Of a stretch of 64,000 nt of DNA, positions 1 through 11,297 are shown piece after piece. Within the stretch, counting starts at the first letter, position 1. The number at the start of each line of letters is the position of its first letter. Made by a program: the position numbers and the translations under genes. This stretch comes from Macrostomum lignano (lineage: Eukaryota): positions 1 through 64,000 of the forward strand of contig NIVC01001493.1 of NCBI GenBank assembly GCA_002269645.1. Reading direction: 5' to 3'. A model generated the notes under the pieces. It was not told the DNA's origin. It saw only the letters and a program-made list of their open reading frames with translations, and searched no databases.

Positions 1-1335
1 GGGGGGGGGGAATTGCTGACATGTCAAGGCTTACAAGGGACTGCTGAGGTATATTGCAAAGAGATGCTACATGTAGTTTTTTAAAAAAGCTACTGCATTT
101 TTTGGCTCTCCAATGGGGGTGCTGATTGCTAGTAAACTTCCAATAGTTATTGTCATCAACTTTAGTCTTAGTTAGCTTTATTTAATACAATGAAATTTCC
201 CTAATGACTATAAAAAACCATTCTGCTTTTTAGATATATTTAACAAAAAGGCACGTGACTATGACTTTGGTATTTTTATAGTTATATTAGTTATAAAGAT
301 GTCAAATTTTTTAAAGGTAAAAGGCAAGTACTATATACCATTGTCCATTGATGCCCCCCCTCTCACTTTAAAAGAGTAGGGAAGGGCCATAGCCTATGGC
401 CCCCTGCCCTTTTGTTCTAATGCCTATGATCATTACTCATTTGTTATAATCAATTAATTGCTAATCCAAAAGATCTTGGATCCTGGATTTGACATAATAT
501 AGTCTCTTTAGTCTCTATTTATATAAAATATAAAAGTAATAAATAGCTTATACTTAAATAGAAAAATTTAGCACTCTAGGCCTATTTAGAGAAAATATAT
601 TAAAAGTTACTAGAAAAAAGGTAAAGGATAGGCTAGGTACCATTGATGGCCTTTCCTTTTTTGAAAATCAAAGGGCCATAGCCAATGCCCCTACCCTTCT
701 TGTTCCCCTTTTCTAGTACTTATGTATTATGTTAATTACTTAGGAATAGGACTAGCCTTGATATTCAAGCATATTTAGTGTTAACTATAATAATAAGCCT
801 AACCATGTCATTATTTTTATTGTAATTATAATTATAATTAGATTAATAATCTAAGAGCCTAATAAAAAGACAATTTATATAATTTTTTATTCTTTGATTC
901 ATAAAAACTAGCAATAGGCAAAGGTAGAAAAGACAAAGACTATATTTTATAGACTATATTTATAAAGATAAATAAGATAAATAAAAAGAATCCAAACAAT
1001 AAAAAATCAATATAGATTTAAATACTTTTTTATTGCAATGCATTTTTGGTCTGCATTGACCATTTTCAAGCAGTTTATTGGCTAAAGCAAAATTGAAAAA
1101 TGAAAAGGATGCAATAGTATATAATATTGAAAAATTGGCAAGTAAAGCAGAAATTTAAATAGGGTTTTTTTAAATGAGCTTAGTAAAGAAGATTTTTCTA
1201 GAGAATTGTCACAAATATAACAAATATATATATGTACAGATATGTATATTACAAATAAAAAGTTAATTTGTGGTTAAAAGGGCATTGCAACATTTTTTGA
1301 GGCAGAAAAGAAACATGTATATTCCTTAGCCACAT

Positions 1336-1525
1336 TGCAGTCACATTAATTTGGGGCTAAATTGAAATTTTGGCTTGTCTCTGCTTGTGCAAGGCACAGT
1401 AAAGTTATAGTAAATGTGTGTTCGCCTGCTCACCGGTTGGTGGAATGGGCAGTTAAGCCTCTCGTCGGTTGTGACAATGTCGCTTAAAGTACACTATGGT
1501 GGCACACAGCCTTCGTGACGGCTTC
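1336..1525 (+). mobile_element. Degenerate partial copy of tRNA-derived SINE family 2
   Basis: TGCAGTCACATTAATTTGGGGCT...GAATGGGCAGT..GCCTCTCG.CGGTTGTG..AATGTCGCTTAAAGT matches the reverse complement of the SINE copies at 45120-45483 and 63310-63655. Confidence 0.8.
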
Positions 1526-1628
1526 AATCATTAAATTTCTAAATTTCTTCTTGCATGACAGCACAAGTCCAAGTGCTCGATTTGAGTTCGAGTCTTGATA
1601 AAAAGCAGAAAAAAGCCTTTGAAAATTC

Positions 1629-4600
1629 ATGTCTCTCGCTGTTTTATTGCTGCTTGTGCTTGGAACTCAGGCCTACACCCAAGCCTAGCATTCACCAGCT
1701 CTGAGCAGGGCGTCAAAGAGGCCGATTTGACTAGCCAGAATCAGTACATGACATTCGCCAAGAGTCTGTACAAGAATGCCGAAATTCTTGTGCACATTGT
1801 TTGTGAGGGCGATGCTCCTGCAGCTGTGCCAACTGGCGCCAATGCTACTCGCTTCCGGATTGGCTGGCGGCTCCGCCAATCGCCTTGCGCCGAGGAGTAC
1901 ACCGGCGTTGATAAAGATGCTAGGCGAGCGCCTTTGTACTATGAACAGCCGGAGCTGGTGCAGGTAGGGTCACGCGGGATGTTGATCGCAAATAGATCGC
2001 AAATGTGATACTGATCACAATCCATGTTATACTGATCCCAATCTGTGGATACTGATCCAATCTATGGGATACAGATCCAATCTATGGGATACTGATCCCA
2101 ATATTATGGATACTGATCTCAATCCATGAGATACTGATCTCAATCTATAGGATACAGATCCCAATTTATAAGATAGTGATCCCAATCCATGAGGTACTGA
2201 TCCCAATCCATGAGGTACAGATTCCAATCTATGGGATACTGATCCCAATCCATGAGGTACAGATTCCAATCCATGAGATACTGATCCCAATCCATGAGGT
2301 ACAGATTCCAATCTATGGGATACTGATCCCAATCCATGAGGTACAGATTCCAATCCATGAGGTACAGATTCCAATCTATGGGATACTGATCCCAATCCAT
2401 GAGGTACAGATTCCAATCCATGAGATACTGATCCCAATCTATGGGATACTGATCCCAATCCATGAGGTACAGATTCCAATCCATGAGATACTGATCCAAT
2501 TTGTGGGATACTGATCTCATCTATGGGATACAGATCCCAATCTATAGGATACAGATCCCAATCCATGGGATACCGATCCCAATCTATGGGATACTAATCA
2601 CAATCCATGTGATAATGATCCCAATCTATGGATACTGATCCAATCTATGGGATACTGATCCCAATCCATGAGATACTGATCCAAATCCATGAGATACTGA
2701 TCCAAATCCATGAGGTACAGATCCCATTCTATGAGATACAGATCCCAATCTAAGAGATACTGATCCCAAACTTATGGATATTAATCCTAATTCAGGAAAA
2801 TGCATACTCAAATCCAAGTTATTATGATCCGAATTCTTAAATTCCAATTAATAAATTACTGCTACTTCTCCACCACCTTGAATCCAGGTAAAAGAGTTCA
2901 ACTACAAGCAGGTGAAAACCAAGAAATTTCCGGACTGGAACCAGGGCGATGCGGACCAGTGCCTGGTGTGCCACCCGGGCCAGACCACCACCCTGCTATT
3001 GAAAAATGTCGACCAACGTGGCCCATCCATAATTGCCACCAAGTTTAATCGGGACGGCTCTTCGCTAAGCAACTTTACCGACAATGTCTCCTCTGCTGCT
3101 TCTTCGCCTCACTCTTCTGCTTCTGCTGCTTCTGGAAGTTCCGCCAACAAAAAGCCGACAAGCAATGACAGGCGTAAACGCAAAGCTGCAGCCCCATCGG
3201 CTGGAAAAAAAGTTGCTTCAACGAAAGGTGAATGCGTAAATTTGATTTTGGATATCAACTTCTTTTCTCATCTCCATGGTCACTCGTGACTGTCATCTCC
3301 ATGGTCACTCGTGACTCTCATCTCCATGGTCACTCGTGACTCTCATCTCCATGGTCACTCATGACTCTCATCTCCATGGTTACTCATGACTATTTAATCT
3401 GTTATCAAAGATCCTAACTTTCTCATCAAAGATCCCAAATTTCTCATTAAAGATCCCAACTTTCTCATTAAAGATCCCAACTTTCTCATCAAAGATCCCA
3501 ACTTTCTCATCGAACATCCCAACTTTCTCATCGAACATCCCAACTTTCTCATCGAACATCCCAACTTTCTCATCGAACATCCCAACTTTATCATCAAAGA
3601 TCCCAACTTTCTCATCGAACATCCCAACTTTCTCATCAAAGATCGCAACTTTCTCATCAAAAATCGCAACTTTCTCATTAAAGATCGCAACTTTCTCATC
3701 AAAGATCGCAACTTTCTCATCAAAAATCGCAACTTTCTCATTAAAGATCGCAACTTTCTCATCAAAGATCGCAACTTTCTCATCGAAGATCGCAACTTTC
3801 TCATCAAAGATCCTAACTTTCTCATCAAAGATCCCAACTTTCTCATCAAAGATCCTAACTTTCTCATCAAACTTGAAAGTTATAAGCTTAGAAATGCTCG
3901 CCAACCTTCCGCAGCCCCGGCCACCACGCCCGCCCCTCCAGCCGGCAAAGCGGGCCTAATAACTCGCACCTGGGAAGACGGCATCTACCTATTAGTACTG
4001 CACGCCTACGAGTGCGACACCGCTAGTCTGCCAAACAATTTTCAAGTTCGAGCTCGCGTTGAAATTGTCAACAGGTTTGGCTATTTGTCCGCTATTGACT
4101 GGCCCCTGCTGCCGTTCTTCGGCTCAATGTGCCTGCTGTATCTGCTGTTCGGCCTGCTCTGGCTTGGCCTGTGCGCCAAGTATTGGCGAGAAATGCTGCG
4201 CATCCAGTTTTGTATATCCGGCGTTATCTTTCTGGGCATGCTGGAGAAGGCCCTGTTCTATGCCGAATATCAGAGTATTAATAGCACTGGGGTGAGTTTA
4301 GTTTTGTATCAGTTCTCCTTACTCTGACCCGTAATTTATAATATCCATCGTTGGCACCACTCTGACCCATTGCTGACCAAAGCTGACCCATCGTTAGCAC
4401 CACTCTGACCCATTGCTGACCCAAGCTGACCCATCGTTGGCACCACTCTGACCCATTGCTGACCAAAGCTGACCCATCGTTGGCACCACTCTGACCCATT
4501 GCTAACCAAAGCTGACCCATCATAAGCACCACTCTGACCCATTGCTGACCAAAGCTGACCCATCATAAGCACCACTCTAACCCATTGCTGACCCAAGCTG

Positions 4601-7544
4601 ACCCATCATAAGCACCACTCTGACCCATTGCTGACCAAAGCTGACCCATCATAAGCACCACTCTGACCCATTGCTGACCCAAGCTGACCCATCATAAGCA
4701 CCACTCTGACCCATTGCTGACCAAAGCTGACCCATCGTTAGCACCACTCTGACCCATTGCTGACCAAAGCTGACCCATCATAAGCACCACTCTGACCCAT
4801 TGCTGACCCAAGCTGACCCATCATAAGCACCACTCTGACCCATTGCTGACCCAAGCTGACCCATCATAAGCACCACTCTGACCCATTGCTGACCCAAGCT
4901 GACCCATCATAAGCACCACTCTGACCCATTGCTGACCAAAGCTGACCCATCGTTAGCACCACTCTGACCCATTGCTGACCCAAGCTGACCCATCATAAGC
5001 ACCACTCTGACCCATTGCTGATCCAAACTGATCCATTATCGCCAACACTCTGACCCATCAGTGACCCAAGCTGATCCATTATCGCCAACACTCTGACCCA
5101 TCAGTGGCCCAAGCTGATCCATTATCGCCAGCACTCTGACCCATCAGTGGCCCAAGCTGATCCATTATCGCCAACACTCTGACCCATCAGTGACCCAAGC
5201 TGATCCATTGTCGCCAGCACTCTGACCCATCAGTGACCCAAGCTGATCCATTATCGCCAGCACTCTGACCCATCAGTGACCCAAGCTGATCCATTATCGC
5301 CAACACTCTGACCCATCAGTGGCCCAAGCTGATCCATTATCGCCAGCACTCTGACCCATCAGTGGCCCAAGCTGATCCATTATCGCCAACACTCTGACCC
5401 ATCAGTGACCCAAGCTGATCCATTGTCGCCAACACTATGACCCATCAGTGACCCAAGCTGATCCATTATCGCCAGCACTCTGACCCATTATTCATCATGG
5501 GTGACCTGTATGCGGCAGTCAATCACGCATAGATCAATCGCTCAAATCTCGCTCAGGTCAGCGTACGCGGAGCCGTCATGCTAGCTGAGCTGGTGTCCTG
5601 CGTGAAGCGTTCGGTCGCTCGCATGCTGGTCCTGATAGTCTGCCTGGGCTATGGCATTGTGAAACCCCGGCTAGGCCAGCTGCAGCACAAGGTGATTGCA
5701 ATCGGACTCGTTTACTTCATCTTCTCAGCCGTTGAGAGCTCCATCAGAGCCATGCGACCGCGGTTTGATCAGTCGCGTAACGCCTTCTACGCCACCATCC
5801 CCCTGGCCGTGACCGACGCCATCATCTGCTGGTGGATCTTCAGCTCGCTGGTGCAGACAATTCGCAACCTGCGAGTTCGGCGCAACCTGGTGAAGTTGTC
5901 TCTGTACAGGCATTTCACCAATACCTTGGTGTTCTGCGTTGTCTGCTCCGTTGTGTTCATGACCTGGACTGTTAGCAGGCATAAATTCGCGCTCTGCATT
6001 GCCGCCTGGCGAGAGCTTTGGATTGATGACGCATTCTGGCATCTGCTGTTCTCCGTCATACTGTTTGTTATTATCATTCTGTGGCGGCCTTCGCAGAATA
6101 ACCAGCGATACGCGTTCACTCCGCTGCTGGATGCTGGAAATGATAGCGATGAGGATGAGGAGGTGAGGGCGCTGATGACGGATCTAAAATAACCACGTTA
6201 TGAAATATCCCATCAATCTGTAGTTATGAAAAATCCCATAAATCTGTAGTTATGAAATATCCCATCAATCTGTAGTTATGAAATATCCCATAAATCTGTA
6301 GTTATGAAATATCCCATCAATCTGTAGTTATGAAAAATCCCATCAATCTGTAGTTATGAAATATCCCATCAATCTGTAGTTATGAAATATCCCATAAATC
6401 TGTAGTTATGAAATATCCCATCAATCTGTAGTTATGAAATATCCCATAAATCCGTAGTTATGAAATATCCCATCAATCTGTAGTTATGAAACATCCCATA
6501 AATCTGTAGTTATGAAAAATCCCATCAATCTGTAGTTATGAAATATCCCATAAATCTGTAGTTATGAAATATCCCATCAATCTGTAGTTATGAAAATCCC
6601 ATCAATCTGTAGTTATGAAATATCCCATCAATCTGTAGTTATGAAACATCCCATAAAATCTGTAGTTATGAAATATCCCATCAATCTGTAGTTATGAAAT
6701 ATCCCATAAATCTGTAGTTATGAAATATCCCATCAATCTGTAGTTATGAAACATCCCATAAAATCTGTAGTTATGAAATATCCCATCAATCTGTAGTTAT
6801 GAAATATCCCATAAATCTGTAGTTATGAAAAATCCCATAAATCTGTAGTTATGAAATATCCCATTAATCTGTAGTTATGAAATATCCCATCAATCTGTAG
6901 TTATGAAAAATCCCATCAATCTGTAGTTATGAAATATCCCATCAATCTGTAGTTATGAAATATCCCATCAATCTGTAGTTATGAAATATCCCATAAATCT
7001 GTAGTTATGAAATATCCCATCAATCTGTAGTTATGAAACATCCCATAAAATCTGTAGTTATGAAATATCCCATCAATCTGTAGTTATGAAATATCCCATA
7101 AATCTGTAGTTATGAAATATCCCATCAATCTGTAGTTATGAAATATCCCATTAATCTGTAGTTATGAAATATCCATAAAATCTAGTTATGAAATATCCCA
7201 TAAAATCTGTAGTTATGAAATATCCCATACATCAATAGTTATTAAATCTATTAAATTAGAAATTTCTATTTCTAAAACATCCCAGCAATCTAATTTCAAC
7301 CTCCCAATACCAGGTGGTGATGGACAACCTGGCCGAAGGTGTCAAAGCTCGAGGCTCGGGCGCCTCTGCCCAGCAACAGCAGCAGCAGCAGCGATCTCGC
7401 CAGTCTAGCAAAGGCGAGGACAGCCTACGCTGGGTGGAAGAGAACATACCACAGTCTCTGGTTGAGAGCACTCTGCCCTCGCTGCTTCAAGACAGCGACG
7501 AGGAAGTACTGACTACTAAATACGAGATGTCGAAGCTGCTGTAA
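1629..7544 (+). CDS. TMEM87: TMEM87A/B-family (lung seven-TM/GOST) membrane protein, 5 exons
   Basis: Exons 1629-1963, 2912-3227, 3915-4291, 5557-6162 and 7314-7544, with GT-AG introns in compatible phases (0,1,0,0). Motifs GYLSAIDWPLLPFF, YWREMLRIQFCISGVIFLGMLEKA, KRSVARMLVLIVCLGYGIVKPRLG, WRELWIDDAFW, LWRPSQNNQRYAFTPLLD and C-terminal TKYEMSKLL match my recollection of TMEM87. The signal-peptide ATG at 1629 is 1 nt out of frame with the rest of exon 1. Confidence 0.92.
2020..2790. repeat. 21-bp minisatellite (GATCCCAATCYATGRGRTACW) in TMEM87 intron 1
   Basis: Directly visible tandem units; the source of the repetitive ORFs 2027-2566, 2140-2520 and 2176-2514. Confidence 0.95.
3266..3872. 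repeat. Two adjacent minisatellites in TMEM87 intron 2: 25-bp (CTCATCTCCATGGTCACTCGTGACT, ~5 copies) and 21-bp (AAAGATCCCAACTTTCTCATC)
   Basis: Tandem units read directly at 3266-3390 and 3400-3872. Confidence 0.95.
4345..5490. repeat. 43-bp minisatellite (CTGACCCATTGCTGACCAAAGCTGACCCATCATAAGCACCACT) in TMEM87 intron 3
   Basis: Tandem units; a variant subtype takes over at ~5020. Confidence 0.95.
6197..7230. repeat. 26-bp minisatellite (AATCTGTAGTTATGAAATATCCCATC) in TMEM87 intron 4
   Basis: About 39 tandem units filling almost the entire intron. Confidence 0.95.
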
Positions 7545-7694
7545 TTGAAATACTAATTGCGTAACTAGATGTGTGATTTTCTGGGTTTCTTGTGGTGTCA
7601 CTTAGAAGTTGTTTTATTTATTTATAGAACCTGTCTGAAAATTTGAAGTTACGAGGCTATATACATTCTTACGAAATATCCAGATCTGAGGTTA

Positions 7695-8220
7695 AAATCC
7701 AGGTGCCAGGTATAATATTCAGGTGCCCAGGTATAATATCCAGGTGCCAGGTATAGTATTAAGGTGCCTGGTATAATATCCAGGTGCTCAGGTATAATAT
7801 CCAGGTGCCAGGTATAATATCCAGGTGCCAGGTATAATATCCAGGTGCCCAGGTATAAAATCCAGGTGCCAGGTATAATATCCAGGTGCCCAGCTATAGA
7901 ATCCTGGTGCCCAGGTATAAAATCCAGGTGCCCAGGTATAAACTCCAGGTGCCAGGTATAATATCCAGGTGCCCAGCTATAGAATCCTGGTGCCCAGGTA
8001 TAAAATCCAGGTGCCCAGGTATAAACTCCAGGTGCCAGGTATAATATCCAGGTGCCCAGGTATAAAATCCAGGTGCCAGGTATAATATCCAGGTGCCCAG
8101 CTATAGAATCCTGGTGCCCAGGTATAAAATCCAGGTGCCCAGGTATAAACTCCAGGTGCCCAGGTATAAAATCCTGGTGCCCAGGTATAAAATCCAGGTG
8201 CCCAGGTATAAAATCCAAGT
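7695..8220. repeat. 20/21-bp minisatellite (CCAGGTGCC[C]AGGTATAAWAT) 3' of TMEM87
   Basis: Tandem units read directly. Confidence 0.95.
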
Positions 8221-8905
8221 GGCATTTAATTATTGCATCTGAGTATCGAACTAATGATCTATTTCTTGGCTGGAAAAGTTCGCGAGCAACAAGTATCTTA
8301 ATAATATATTTATTAACAATTTTAATTTCACTTTGCTAAGCAACTGATATGGATAAAATGTCTATTCATAAGTTATTATTTACTCAGCCGAAAAAAACTT
8401 TTTTCTGCCCAAGTAGTTTCTTTTGTAGTACCTTTTCGTCTTCAATTTTTTGCACTATTAGTTATCCTGGAGGCTAGAATGTATGCATGGTTTACTTTTC
8501 ATTTTCATTTATTCACCTGTGTTAAATCAATTTTCTGATATAATAAGTGCTAATTTTTATCATTCAAAATACTTCTCGTACTATACCCAATCGATGCGAC
8601 TACTATGAGTAGGAATAAGCGGACTTTTTAATGTTACACTCGTATTGTATTGAAAAAAAATATGTATACACATTTCAATGATGCCTTGGTGAGTAGTATA
8701 TTTTGCGTTTTTTATATAAGTTTCATTCCATGACCAATGCGGTTTGATGTTGTTAATTTAAGTATGCTTTCTGTGTTATTCTTGTATATTAAATATAGTA
8801 ACTAGTAACTTTCTGTCTGTCTACAGGCATCCTCAGGCAGTCGAATGTGAGTAATAATATGAACTATTTCTGCTGGAACAAACTGAGATATTATATTGTA
8901 GCATT

Positions 8906-9148
8906 GTGCCGTATGCAGAAGCTCTGCCTAGGGTAGTCCGGTCTTGAAAAGCTAGTCTGGACTTGGATTTGGTTGTTTAGTTCGGCGATGCAGTTTCAAT
9001 TTCGGCCTGGTTTTCATTTTGTTATTTCTAAAAGATTGATTAAGAGTTATTTTTAGCTACAGAACTAGGGTAGCTAGACCATAGACTATAGACTGAACTA
9101 CCCAAGTCCGGACTAGCTAGTCTGGACTAGGCTTTCTGCATACGGCCC
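8906..9148. mobile_element. MITE with G[G/T]GCCGTATGCAGAA TIRs and 3-bp TSD (ATT), PIF/Harbinger-like
   Basis: Left end GTGCCGTATGCAGAAGC, right end GCTTTCTGCATACGGCCC. Internal inverted CTAGTCYGGAC motifs. ATT at 8903-8905 and 9149-9151. Confidence 0.7.
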
Positions 9149-9529
9149 ATTGTCCCAGCCAGTTGTTGGCCTGGCTAGGGGCAAGCAATTCAATCCTTTT
9201 CATTGTCTATGGCCCAACCTCTGAACTTGGCTGCTCCACAGACCTTTTCTTATGGCCATAAACAATTATCCCAAAGGCTTGGAAAACTCTGTAGTAATGA
9301 TCCACACATTAATTTTGCCTATCTTACTACCTGCGTGTCAGCGGGTAAAATGATGATATTTAAGTGTTTTTTAAAACCCTGATAAGTTCCTCTTTTTAAG
9401 CTTGCCTAGTTCCGCGATGCAGTTTTAATTTCGGCCTGGTTTTCATTTTGTTATTTTTTAAAGAAACCTCTAACAGACCCATTGCAAACGGAGCAAATTT
9501 TTGTCATTGCAACTCTTAGCTACTAACTC

Positions 9530-9720
9530 AAGTAGTCTAGAAAGAGTTGTTATAAATGCGAAATGCGATTATAATTTATAAATTGACGCAGATGCGGTCT
9601 GGACAGAATTCAATTATTGCACGCATCAGATACGAATCTACGGCCCCTGAGTCGCAGACAATGAACCGCCTCAAATTGACTTTTTGGCGACTTCTACCAC
9701 GACATCTCGTTTTTGAGTCG
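9530..9720. repeat. Dispersed repeat, second copy at ~26500-26700
   Basis: AGTTGTTATAAATGCGAAAT..GATT and GATACGAATCTACGGCCCCTGAGTCG...CGCCTCAAATTGACT are shared between the two loci. Confidence 0.8.
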
Positions 9721-11297
9721 TCTAGATTCACTTCTTTCCTATTATTTTTACCTATGCTACCTACAGCGACTCTGTGGTTGACTCTGGGATGCTTCTTGGC
9801 CTCGGTACCGTTTTCATTGGGAGAAACGAGACTGTTGCATTCGATCCGCAGTCTATAGCCTTGCTTATTGAATTTTGAACTGTATTTTTCCTTCTGTTTT
9901 TCTCGGTATAATACCAATATTTTTGCTTTTCTTTGTTGTCAGTTGTTGTTATTTTATTACTACTTGTTTGCTTCTCTGTCTGTAACTAGCTTAAATGTAC
10001 AAGACCCGGAGTTTTTTCTTTTTAGTAACTTGCTGGATTCATTTATTCGGGCTTTTTAAACTCGTGTTTAGTGAATATTTCTGTCTTGTTTCACTGTAGT
10101 TGTGCGGTTCGGTAAAAACACATTCTATTTATTTATGGACAAATATGTGTAGCTTGCTACTCAGCGTCTTAAACTTGACGATATAATAAATATAACCGAC
10201 TCACCGTATCTCAATAGAAAAAGGCAAACCTGTGACTCTCTTCAATACTGTCACTAAACAGAATTATTATTTATATGTTATTGTTTTGTAAAAAATATTA
10301 TTATCTTTGTTATTAAAATGGGGCTATTTATGGGCTTAAGGCTCGTTCACACTGTCGTCAAATGAGCCACCAAATCGCAGTCCAATGTACTAGTTGTAGG
10401 ACCCGGAGGTGGGGTGGGGCAGGCCTAAGGCGGATCCCGGTAGGCTGGAACATTTTGAGGTTTTTATAAGTGTCCATGACTCTGGGATGTGTCCACAGTT
10501 AAAGGGCTCGCGTGTGGTGCGTGACACGCGATGTTGGATAGGGTTGGATCTAGTGTTTTGAGTGGTTAAGAAGACAGGATGAGTTTCTGGCGAACGGTCC
10601 GGTTTCCTTGCAATTTTCGAGTAGAGTAGACTAGAGCTTGAGAGTAGAAAATATTGTACATTTAAGCTTAAGTGAAAAACCGGCTGGCGGAGAAAAGGAG
10701 GGAAGGAAAAGAGGGACAGGGGGACGGCACCGGCCCGCTAGCCAATCACAAGCCGCCGCCGTGGGGAGGGGCTATAAGGCAGAGAGAGAGCGTAGGCCAG
10801 GCCAGGGTTGAGGCGTGAACCCCCAAACCCGGCCTGACCTAGCCGGGCCAATCAGAGCGCGGGATAGACTGCATATAGCACAAAAAAACCAAAGTAGATG
10901 TCAACTTAAGCCCGAAGTTTAGCTCCGGACAAAACCGACTTGCAAGTGAAAACTTTCCAAACTTCCGAGCCATGCAGCTGCGAGCCAGAAACGCCAGTTG
11001 CAGCAAACGCAAATAGTGAGATGAAATTGGCTGTGACACTTTCGAAGCAACAGTTTTGTCCGGGCTTCACTCATTCCGGCTCTTAAGAGCGCCAGTTGAC
11101 CTCCCTTTTTCGTCTGTTTGTTACATCAGGAAAGAAAACTCCTCCAGAGTCTGCATTGGAGTTTTTATCGCGTTATCGAAAAATAACAAATTTATTCTTT
11201 CTATGCAATTTAAAGTTAGTAAATTTTTGTCCTTGACTCCTTGGGTAGCGTTGTGATTTTTTATCATTTAATGTCAGAAACAAGTTCATCTGTCATC

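Noticed and set aside
10416-11038. Solo-LTR-like segment (TGTAGG start, CCAAT boxes, TATAAG, GTGACA end)
   Set aside because: No matching TSD at any boundary I tried, and no second copy in the window.
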